From an uncultured virus (IMG/VR IMGVR_UViG_3300026559_000007) (taxonomy: Duplodnaviria > Heunggongvirae > Uroviricota > Caudoviricetes): 64,000 nt of DNA. Positions 1 through 11,374 of this stretch are shown one piece after another. The notes beneath the pieces were generated by a model. It saw nothing but the letters and a program-made list of their open reading frames with translations, was not told the DNA's origin and ran no database searches. The stretch's first letter is position 1; the number at the start of each line of letters is the position of its first letter. Where the stretch lies: IMG/VR virus record IMGVR_UViG_3300026559_000007; one strand, given 5' to 3'. The position numbers were made by a program, and so were the translations under genes.

Positions 1-2533
1 TGGCGTGTCGGTGACTATCTGCAAGCTTTCCACTGGTGTTGTTGAGTACGCCCTGTACATCCTCCGGAGGACTGCTCTCTGGACAGTTAGAGCTTTTCTT
101 CGATTTCGGACTTTCTTGTATTCATCTGCAAATATTTGAATTCCGAATGTTACTATGCTTAGAAAAATGGCGTTGTAGTATACTTTGAACTTTCTTGGAT
201 GGATGTTATATTTTCTATTTACTAGTGTCAGGATCTTGTTGAGTTGTGCCCCTGCTTTCTCCAAGGATACGTTGATATGTTTGGAGAAGTTGAGTTTCTG
301 ATCCAAAATGATGCCTAAGTACTTTGTGTCTTCTTTTACTGGAAAGGTGGTTGTCCCCAGCTTTACTATTGGCTTTCTTTTTAATATTTTTCCAAATACT
401 ATTGCCATTGTTTTAGTAGACGACATCCTCATCTTGTATCTGTGGCATCAGTTGTAGATTGTTTTTACTGCTGTGTTTGCTTTGATTTCTAGTTCCCTGC
501 GGCTGTTTCCGCTTATGAGGATGCACACGTCATCGGCGTATGCTGCAAAGTCTGTTATACTTTCTTCTTTATCAAGGCTTAGCAGGTTCTAAGTATGTGT
601 ACCACAATATGGGTCCCAGTATAGAGCCTTGCGGACATCCACGGTTGATCTTTTTCCTTGCAATGCATTCCGGTGTCCTTATTTGGACCTCTCGGCCCTC
701 GAAGTAAGATCGGAGCAGATTGTAGACGTGAGGGAGTATGTGGAGGTCCTTTAGGAGCGAGAAGAGTCTTGGCCAAGACATGCGGTCGAAAGCACCGGAG
801 AAGTCAACGAACAAGCCCAGTACACAGGTTGTATTCCTGGTTTTTATTTTATCTACTATGTGGCTTATTGCATCCACCGTGGATTTTCCCTTCTTATAGC
901 CATATTGTTTAGAATGAGGTTTTTCTTGTTGCTCTAGGTAAGAGTGTAGGTGTGCGTGTATCGCTTTTTCTATGATTTTTCCCTGGATGTTCAGTAGACA
1001 TATAGGTCGGTATGACTTTGCATCTTGTGGGTCTTTATCTCCACCTTTATATATGAGAGATAGTTCTGCTTTCTTGTGTTGTGTAGGGAAATATTCCTTT
1101 CTGAAACAGTCATTTATTATTTGGATCAGGAACGGCGCCGTTATATCAGAGGTCTTTTGATATATTTCGGTTTTGATCCCGTCTGGACTCGGTGCTTTGT
1201 TTGCTTTTAGTGTATGGATGTATTCTTTTATTTCGCTCACCTCTACGACGTCCTCTTCCTCTGTGGATAGTCTGTCTTCTTCCAATGCTTCATCGTCTTT
1301 TAGGAATAGGCATTTTATTATCTCATTTGCAGTTTCTTGCCAGCCTGCAGTCATGGATCCGTCTGTCTTCTTAATGATGAACATGATGTTTCCGGTTTTT
1401 AGTTTGTTTGCTACTATTCTGTACGTGATGGACCATGGATCTCTGTTCATGTTGTCTTCGACGTATTTCTTCTAGGTATTTTCTTTGACGGTTCGTATTG
1501 CTATCTTGTACTTTTGAAGGCAGTTTCGGAAGGCGTTTTGTGCTCTCTCCCTGGCTTCTAACTCGAACGTTTTGTTTAATCTTCTTCTATACAGATGTGT
1601 TTGTTTTTTTCATTTTTGTGAGATCGGAAGTCCACCATGTTATCTACCGCCATCCATTTATATTTTCGAGATTGTCTTGTCGCAGGCCTTGGTTATCCAG
1701 TTTGTAAATTCTGTCGTGGCTTCTGTCGGATTTCTTGAATCTTGATAATTCTTGAAAGGCTTGATAGTTCCGTTCTTATTAGTTCTTCGCGTAGCTTTTC
1801 CCAATCTGCTCTTCCTAGGTTGTATGTCGGTCTTTTCAGTTTTGCTTGTCGCCGGTCAGTGCTTATGTCGAGGTCCAGTTCTATGATGTTATGATCGCTA
1901 CTGATCTCATTCGGCACTACTTTCCAGCTTATCTTTTTGTCTTGGAGCGTTCCCTTTAGTGTTGTGATGTCGATGTTGGATTCGTTGTTTGTGTATCCTC
2001 GATATATCGATGGTTGTCCTGGCTCATTTGTTACTTGGAGTCCGTGTTTCCTCGACAATTTCTTCCTTCTGGTCCGTGACTGAGGAGAACCGTAAGCTTG
2101 ACTTCGCGTTTACGTCTGCGCAGTACACTATATTATTTTGTTGCGCTAGCAGTCTCATGTTGCTTAATTTGGACATATGATCCTCTATCGGATCGCTGAA
2201 TTGGCAATGTTGGTTGATGACATAGAAGCTTTTCCGGTTTAGCTGGATTTCGACCGTAACCATATGCGTGTCGGTTCCTTGACTCATTTTCCTGACGACC
2301 AGGTTTCTGTTATATATTATAATTGTAGCCATTGAATCTTTGCTATAGAAGATGCTAGTGCTTGCTGCTGTCACACTTGCTAATTTGCCATATCTTATTG
2401 CAGGTTCCTGAATGCATGCTGTATCCACCTTGTGTCTGTTGCTGTACTTTCTTAGTTCTGTCATTGCTGTCAGACTTCTTCCTGTGTTGATCTGGACTAT
2501 TCTAAGATAGCGTGCTGCTTCCTTAGTCGCCAT
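1..2533 (-). pseudogene. Retroelement ORF2 (APE endonuclease plus reverse transcriptase), frameshifted and with stops
   Basis: ATG at 2533. Fragments 2590-2024, 2058-1693, 1450-572 and <572 are broken by frameshifts and stops. YADD lies at about 540-529, and a TGA at 450-448 sits at a likely Trp position. Confidence 0.9.
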
Positions 2534-3503
2534 AGTCGGTATTTTCCTGTTGTCTTTGGTAGAATGTTCTGTAGGTAGAACAGTCCTCACATTTGGTGTT
2601 GCATTTTAATTTTCTTTTGCTGCATGGTATTTAGACTTGATTTTCGGACTTGCAGTCAGTCTTTTTGTAGTCGGTTGCTCCGCACCTTCCACAGCGTTCC
2701 TTGCCGGAGCAATGCTTAGCCATGTATCCCAGGTCGTGGCATTTCATGCATCTTGCGACTTGCATGAAATCTCTCACTTTAAATGAGGTGAATCCCATGT
2801 ACAGTCTGTTTTCTTGCTGTACTATATGTTTTCGCACTCTAGGATCCGTTTGTATGACCTAGTGGACCGTTGGTTTGTCCCTGGGTCCGGTCTTGAATCT
2901 TGGGATTATTATGTTCTCTCCCTCAATGGAGAGTTCGTCTAAATTTTGTTGTTTGATACTTTCTTTCAGTTCGTTTGCTGTTAACGAACTGTCTACGTCA
3001 TATATTATCATAAGAGGGTTTCTCTTTTTTAGTTCTTCTATCTTGAGTGAGGTGAGTTTTGGATGGTCTTTGAATTTTTGTAAGTCGCTTCGTGTGTCAA
3101 ACTCCATTATTATCGAGTTTGCTTTTGTTTGCCTAATTCCCTTTATTTTTATTTTATCGGTTTTTGGATTTATTTTATTTACCAGTTCGTTTTTTATCTC
3201 CTTTGATGTCTTCTCTTTGTTGTTACTCTGTACAAAGAGAACATGTTTCTTCGGTGCGTTATATGTAGTACGTTGTGCCTGTTTGGAGCTTCTTGTTACA
3301 CTTGCATACGTTGGTGTGCTCCGGATTTCTTCCTTTAGCGCGTGCAACCCAGCGCTCCTACCTTCTTCTTTGGTCAGTTTGTTTTGCATTTTTCGCATTT
3401 CGTTTTGCATTTTTTGCATTTCGTTTTTCATTTGTGTGATCAGTTGCATCATCTCTTCCGTTTTTTGGTTTGCATGTGTCTTTGTGGCTTTCGCGGCTCT
3501 CAT
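2523..3503 (-). pseudogene. Retroelement ORF1 (gag-like nucleic-acid chaperone), disrupted
   Basis: Coiled coil plus TYASV motif. Knuckles are RCMKCHDLGYMAKHC, CGRCGATDYKKTDC (His replaced by Tyr) and *IPC..C...C, and the ORF ends ...TDYGD* at 2523. In-frame stops at 2861-2859 and 2633-2631. The true start probably lies further upstream and is decayed. Confidence 0.85.
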
Positions 3504-6500
3504 ATCGTCAGTTATAGTTTGTTAGTTCGTTCATTCATTTGGAGATTGTTCTTAAATATTCTTCTGATGAGCGAGTCATCTGATTTGTATTGCTGGACGC
3601 GATACATTCTTCCTCCCTCTCTTTTTCTCCTCCTCTTCTCCTCTGTGCTCTCCCCACCATGTTACTGGAGGAGAGTATCGGGTTACTTCGGCAGTATCTG
3701 GCGTTCACTGCCCTCGCCGTTATCTAGTGACTTATCGGCCGAGCAGCTTACCGTTTTACCGATTTATTGTTTTTACTAACTATCTGATTCTTCCGTCTTT
3801 TCTGCTTGGCAGCACTGAGGAGGTTCCTCTGCCCCCGCAGCAATTGCTTTCGTTGCGGTCACTACGTCACAGATATAGATGTAAATATATGTATAGATAT
3901 AGGTATGTCTAATTTTAATTTTTTATGATAGTCCTCCGAAGGTTTGCGCTCTTCTGGTCGATTCGCAATCAACCGTGTTGGCACTAGAAGACTTCTTTGG
4001 CTTGGAGTATGCAAGGCTAGACTAGAATAGAGCGGCCATGAAGGAGTTAGTCCCCGCAGTGTACCTTCTTTCGTCTCTGCTGCTCGATTCTTTCTTCAGG
4101 TTGATGTATCTGTTTATCCCGACAGTTTCTCGAAACCGCCCTCTCGACTTCAACTGTCCAGTGTTTTAGCAACCACTTCCCAGAAATTAAGAAAGCGAAG
4201 TTATTGCGGACGACGAGGTTTCTCGATGCGTATCACATGCGATCACAGCGCCAAGAGCGATGCTATAAGAAATTTTCAAATAGCCGAGAGACCCGTAATA
4301 CTGCCGTGAATTCACATCGATTATTCGAAATGTCGGATCGATGGCACTCGCTAGTCTATCGCGCGCACAGAAAGGCTATTTGACATTCTGCTCTTGGGAA
4401 ATAATGCGTTTCGGAAATCGCTTAGTGCTACGGTCGTGGCGACAATAGTGAGTACGACGAGGACAATCGACCGGCGATACCAGTTCTGAAACACGTTATC
4501 TTTTTCATGCCTTCGCGCTTGCGCTTCCGTATTCCTGTCGCTTTCGATCCTCTTGTGGGATCCATGTAAATCGTTCGCCCTCTTTTTCTCTCTCTTTCCC
4601 CATCTACCTATTATCCCATCGCGCGGAAGGCCAGTATTTTCGGCGGGACTTCGTCCGCGAGAAGTTTCAAGCAATGTAAATCGGATTGACGAGGAAACCT
4701 CAAGCGAGATATCCATGCCACTATATACGATAGAGCGAGACAGTGCAGCTGGAACAGTACTGACCGACGGATGACGGCTTGCGTCACAAGTAGATCGGAT
4801 ACGATTGGTGAATAGGGGTGGAGGCAGAATCGTGTCATCTCTCTCCCCCTCCCTCCTCCCTCCCTCCCTCTCTCTCCCCCTCTCCGTCTATCTTGTTTCA
4901 TCGCCGAATCTTTAGCGATTCGTCCCATCGACGAGCAGTTCTTCGATGACTTCTCGGCCGCCGTCGATCTTACGCCGTTTTCTTTCCCGCCTACTCTGAT
5001 CAACTAGAATGCAATCGGATGCATTTAGCTCTTTGCAAAAGGCGTTGTGATAATGTCTGGCTTATGACAAGTTGAAACAGACACATTGGAATGCATTTCA
5101 CGCTTGTGCCTCTTCGTCCAGCACACCGGCAGAGTCCGGCAACATGGGAAGAATAATCGTGCAACACAACCGTGGCACCGTTACGTGGCTCCGTGAAGCG
5201 TAACACGTCTCCAATTTCTTTCAGAAGATCCTCTGGCAACCAACGAAAGGCACGTCAACGCATTAGCATTTGTTCAATCGCAAATGGTGTGCATGGATAT
5301 GCGTGAAACGCAATGCAGACAATTACGATGTGGATATGTAAAAAGACAGGAAAAGCTCGTGACACGTATCACGATCGAATGGTCGCAGGATGGCACGTCA
5401 CGCAAAATACGCGTACGATTTGGTCTTCCTGAGTATTGCTCGGCGAACATCGCCATCACAGCGATCCAACGCAGTAGTACTGAATGCACAAAGTTGCTCG
5501 ATATTTATTTCAAACATATAATATGATACGACAGAATAATCACGAATAATTTATTATCCGATAAAAGAACAGAAAAAGATATATGAGACGCCATATTCTG
5601 ATGTTTGAAAGAGAATGTGGATACGCAAAAAGATATCAGTTTTGATATGTAAAAATTTAGTAAATTCGATGTAGAAGATTGATAATCCGCGAAAATATCA
5701 AATAATGAAGAAATTATGCACAGCTAATTACATACAACTAATTATAAGATGGCCACTTATGAAAATATAGTTAATGATCATACGCTAGTTATTTTTCCAC
5801 ATCTTGGTGGAATAATGATATGAGACGATTTAAGCCTATCATGAAAACACATTATCGATATCGAAACTGCATTGTATTAAGACAATAGCAATTGTACTTA
5901 TGTTACAAATATTTCATGATTATTGCGGGACAAACAACGTCTGTATCACCTGAACCTCATCGTTTTAAATTATATCGCATGAAAGGTATTTACACGGAAA
6001 TTCTAAATTCGCTCGCTAATAAAGTAAAATAAATGCCCGAGTATAATAATTCATTAGCACTTTACTAACGAAGCGCTTTTCTTTCTTTACAGAAATAAAA
6101 AGTTCGATATACTCGGGGTCAAAAGTTATCCTAATCAATTTATTACTTAATACATTAGTGAATGTATTATCCGAGAATCCGACATTCGATATTTATATTA
6201 CAAAAATGTTTCTATCCTATGCAGTTATTATTGTCGAATAAAATAATATAATTCTATCGCAAAGATCAAAATATCTAAATTAATAATAGCTAAGCAACTA
6301 ACTAAATACGAGACGTCCAACAAATACAAGTCAAGCTTTCAAAATGTTTACAATAATAAATGAATACAGTATTCAGAGATGTCATATATAAAGATATATC
6401 ACATTAATATATGGTTGATGCTAAAAGAATGTTTGTAATAATAAGTATATGCAATAATCAACATTGCGCTTGCAAATAATAATTATTCATCTTATGTTAA

Positions 6501-9500
6501 GAATTTCATATGTGTGTCTTTGGTTTTAGAATGTTCTCGATGCAAACAAGCTTATATCGAATATGCGTCACAAAGTTAATGGATTAAGTCGCAACCGTTG
6601 CCGAAACAAAAGAAGATCGTTATCGTTCAATAATACCAAGCCTCGAAAGATTAATGGCTTTAGTGATTTGCGAGAAGCCAAAAGCTACGCAATGGTCCTA
6701 TGCGGTTCGTTACCGAGTTAGCGCGAGTATCCAGATATTGTAACTATTAAATAATTTGAGGATTAAAGAAAGTTGTTTGTTTTCTAATTACTCTCATCTT
6801 TATTAAACAATCTTTCGGACCGACAATAAATAAATATATAAACAGTGTTGCGTGAATCATCGAAAGCGCGTTAACACCTTATATTCATAACTACATATAT
6901 ACCATTATATCATAATTATATTGTGAAATATTACAATTATGATACTTAGTTATAATTGTAATATTTAATTATAATACTTAATTATGTATTTATATAATTA
7001 TAGAAACATATAATATAATTCCAATCTTTTCGAGAGCATTTTATATAAATTTTATAGAAGTTTGTATAAGTTTATGTTATAAGTTATATAACAGTTATAT
7101 AATAGTAGACATATTACTATTGCATATTAACTGAAAAGCATCCATTTATTTACGTAACTTATCACGTGCGTAATGCATACTCACTAACGTATATATAAAC
7201 TTCGATTATATAATATAAAATTTACTATCTTATTATTTTTATAGAAAAATAGATATATAACAAGCAAATAGATATATAATGAATAATATAGATATATAAT
7301 AAACATATAAATGTCTAGACATATAATAGATATATAATAAACATAGATATACAATAAACAAAATAAACATATTAACGGAAATCATAATTATATCGTTCTA
7401 TTTTTACATATTTAACTATTTTTAATTTTCTCGACAAGTTAGTGTAATTAAATACTTCCCAAATCATGACTTTACAAGTCATGCATTACTTCACTCTACA
7501 AGCTACAAGTTAGTATAAAAGTTAAATCAAAATGAAATTTCAAAACTTATGCACGTGCGATCGCAGGTGATTCCTTCCATCGGTCTTCTTTCCCTTTTCC
7601 AGCGCTTATCCACATGCTGCACTTACACACTGAACTTACACATTATTCACGACGCGATAAGTTTCCTTAACGAAATTATAGTAATGTTCGTATACCTACC
7701 TACCTACCTACACAATATGCCATACTTGACCATACTTAGCTATACTTGAGCTAAGGAAGAAGCTCCATGAAGCCATTTATCACACGCAGATATACCGCTG
7801 ATTATTCGAGAATTTGCATTCTGCTTATTAATGAAGCGCCCTCGACTTTAAGATTGCGGACTAAGCTGAGTGTCAATTATAATAACCAATATATTTTGTT
7901 ATTTAGGTCTGCGAAAAGACAATGTATGCGAAGTTCCTTTACATCAATGCGTGCAAATTCCATCCCATAATTCCTTTTTACAAGTGCACTTTCGGAGGAT
8001 TGTCGGTTTTCGTTTCGGATTGATTTCGTCAGTGATGACAAATCGAATCTCTGTTTGTTGTTCTCCTCACAAATTTTATTTTGATATGCGTATTATGTGA
8101 CACAGTAATATTGGCTGATCAGACCATTATGTGTGCTAAAATATTTAGATTCGAGTAGATAGCAAAAAGACCTTTAGTTAAATACATGACGTTTAAACTA
8201 AAATTCTACGAATAATTCTGTAAAACATCATAAACTTCTATATCTGTAAATAGAATATTGAAGAAATATTAAGTTATATCTATTAAATCGATAATTAATT
8301 TCGATTTTGGATTCTTAATATTTATATCTTAATGAATATATTTTCAGTTTCTCCTAATCAAACAAATTTATTTATATATAATTATCGAATTTCTATATAT
8401 AATTCGTTATATTTTCCTTTCTCGTTTTCTATTTCGACTGTCATTGATCGAAACATATCCATCATCACAAATCCCATGTGCACGTTATTATGTTGAGCGT
8501 AAATTAATCTCGTTAACAAAACAAATCAAAATTGCAAATCAGTAAGTTCAGATTGTATTTTTTTCTATAGTTCTCAGATTAAATAAATATAACAAGTACA
8601 ATTGAAAGTGAATTGAAAGATTCCGTAAATTGCATTCTTCATTTGAGAGAAAGAATCGACCATTGATAGAAAATAAAAAAAAAGCATTGAAGGATTCCAC
8701 CCGTTCAGTCAAACTGAGATTTTGAGATGATTCGATACGTTTCTCAGTATGCTGCTACTTGTTACCGTTCTTATCAGCGTATATTTTGCTTTCTTCAGCA
8801 ACTTTCTTCAGGACACTACGATGAAGTATCTCTTAAATGGTAAACAAATAGGATGTTTTGCGATATACATTATCGCTAGATCAATGATTCTTCAATTTTT
8901 ATGAGAAATGTAAAATTGCGAGAAAATGCGCGTTCTCGTTTTTACTTATCAGAGACTCAGAATCAGACTCATTCCTTCGGACGATTTTGGAATTTGGATG
9001 AGTCTCGATTCGTTGTTTTTTTGAATGCTTCATTTAATTTATTCATTTTCCCACATTTTCTCTTATGTGCGAATTGATTAGATGGACTTACTACTATTTA
9101 GTCACATATCGGGGATTATCTTGCTGGGTACACTTATTAAAATCTTTTATTATGCTCGCTATTCCACGTACGTATTTATGGAAATTCTTGTCGCCGTGAT
9201 CATATCTTATATTTTCTTGCCTATGAGTTAAAGCTGACTAGCATCTTTGAGTACCTAGAAATCATTTTCGTCAGATCACTCAAATCTCTTTATTCGGTGC
9301 TCTTCATCATCTCATTCTTTACGTATCTGCTCATCATCATCTATGTATTTGTCCTCGCCTTCGAGCAAGTCGTTCGATTGAATGTCCTTGTGATATTTTG
9401 CATCGGGTGTATCATTTACACTACATAAGTAACGTGCGTGCGTGCGAGCATGACGAAGCGGTCTGATATAATTTATATAATTTAAAATAAAATTAGCAAA

Positions 9501-10648
9501 TAATCGTTCCACTATCTGAAGCGCTAATATTATCATAGATATCAATATCGAATTTCAAAACGCGACGAAGAGTAAATCTTAATGAAAGTTACTTAATTGA
9601 TTAAGAAATTCCTCTTACAATTCGTAAAATTTAAAGAGTTACAACTGCTTCTATTTTTCTTTTTTATCGTACATAGAGTGATCTGAAAGTGATGGTATGG
9701 ACAAACTATACAATTCTCCGTAAGTGTCGCAGAGCTTTTTATAGTTCTCAAATTGGGGATACTATCTGCTGGTAGCATCAAACAAATGTAAAGGATTTTT
9801 AATGATGATTCTCTGATTTTCTTCGAATAGGACAGAAGCAATAATTTGACCATATGTATTTTGATGCGCATTATTATGCATTACGCGATCATTTCTGTTA
9901 GCACGAATTCGAATCCTTTCGTGAGAAAGATCTTTTAGAGCATGACCATAGATGTGATAGTAACGTGGTTTAAATTTATCCTGGGTATTTATTCAAGTAC
10001 AGCGATTCTTGTCCGTGCCGAGAAAAATCAATGCCAAACAATGAGTCTTCTTTAAATCGATTTTAAGTCAAACAATCTCGCGAAAATCTCTACGAAGTAA
10101 TTTTTAATTACGTTTTTCTTTATCTGCACCGTTATTACCGCAATAGGGATGATTATCATTAAACTAATCATGTTCACCGGATTGATAATGTACACTAAAT
10201 ATCACAATTATGATCCTTTCCTGACAAACGTATAACAAAATTTTCGAATCGTGATTATCGTGGTTATCGTGATCGAATTAAGAAATGTATCAGAATGTCT
10301 AAGATAACGAAAAACAAAAATGTGATAGTAATGCATGAAACTGCAATATGCTTAAAATACAATTATTTTTATCGTAGAAAATTATCTTATTATCTATATA
10401 TGATAAGCCGCGCTAATCAAACTATCAGACGTTACCGGACATTTATCAAAACTTTTAGAATTAGTGAGCCAAAACTTAGCGAGCTTAGTGAATTCTATGC
10501 TCACAACTTTGAATACCAGCTTGAACACCATGTCCGATATTTCAATCTATGATATGTCCGATATTTCTATCTTTGTGACTTCATAAATTCTTAATGATTC
10601 CAAAAAGAAAGCTATGGCTCCCAACATCAAAGTTAATTGCATATTGTT

Positions 10649-10680
10649 ATATGCATATGCATATGCATATGCATGCATAT
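10649..10680. repeat. Short (TATGCA)n tandem repeat
   Basis: atatgcatatgcatatgcatatgcatgcatat. Confidence 0.7.
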
Positions 10681-11328
10681 TGTTTCTATCATTTAATCAA
10701 AGATTTTCAATTGAAAGTTTAATCTTGAATTTTCACTTTAGTATATCAATCATTTTTCGGGTATTATTGTGATAACCGGTATGATTTCTACAGTATTTCT
10801 GATGGATTGATTGGACTTAATTTTTTCAGATTATGCGCAGTCTAATAGATCATTATTGGATCTCTTCATTCTGAAAATACTTCGAGATACCTTGGGCAAA
10901 TGGGAGAGATATATTATTGGATAGTTGCGTCAATCTGATTGTTTTGGCTGGTATAAGACATCCAATAGTATTTCATGCACGATAAAATCAAATATGATTC
11001 ACTGTCCACTTCGGTGGATAATCATCCATATCCGTTAAATGAAATCATTCCAATCACGATAATGCATATTTCGATGAGTTCCAATGACATATCGATACTG
11101 TTATCTTTCATGTAACTATATTGTAATAAGCATATTAATTAATCATCATCATACATTAATCGTCATTATCATTGGAATTTAATGTCGCAAGTTATTTCTT
11201 TGGCGTGAATCTGGAAATGCCTTCTCATCATCAACTCTGCCGATTCACAGGTATTTCTGTGATAAAACGAAGCTAGCAATTATTTATATGTTATTCGCAT
11301 TCTCGAATTAAGCTCGTCATTGAAGAGA

Positions 11329-11374
11329 TTTAATAAAAGTACTTTTAATTTGAATTAAGAGTACTTTTATTAAA
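11329..11374. repeat. 46-bp near-perfect inverted repeat
   Basis: tttaataaaagtacttttaatt-tg-aattaagagtacttttattaaa: 22-bp arms with one mismatch. Confidence 0.85.

Larger units (their letters stand above)
1..4262 (-). mobile_element. Decayed non-LTR retrotransposon, R1 clade (5' UTR, gag-like ORF1, APE-RT ORF2); 3' end lies beyond the window
   Basis: Minus strand carries a gag-like ORF with zinc knuckles, an AP-endonuclease (IVQINT..., ACIQEP, ADVNAKS, IDIT, SSDHNII) and a reverse transcriptase (KAPSPDGI, SYRPICLL, QYGYKKGKST, DFSGAFD, GCPQGSILGPILW, AYADDVCILISGNSRRELE near 540-490, KYLGIILD). The AYADD...G.SR..LE pattern is typical of R1-clade RTs. The 5' boundary (~4260) is approximate. 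Confidence 0.9.

Noticed and set aside
2875..3779. 216-aa and 145-aa hydrophobic plus-strand ORFs
   Set aside because: Antisense of the A-rich retroelement ORF1. The same applies to 33305-33883 opposite SMG1.
4351..5526. Several 70-130 aa ORFs between the retroelement and the PKD2 relic
   Set aside because: No recognisable motifs. They might hold the relic's N-terminal exon, but this cannot be supported.
7906..7950. LRKDNVCEVP resembling the PKD2 TOP-domain LRV..SC.IP motif
   Set aside because: It is out of order. The alternative frame (VCE..., S2) fits colinearity and the splice phase.
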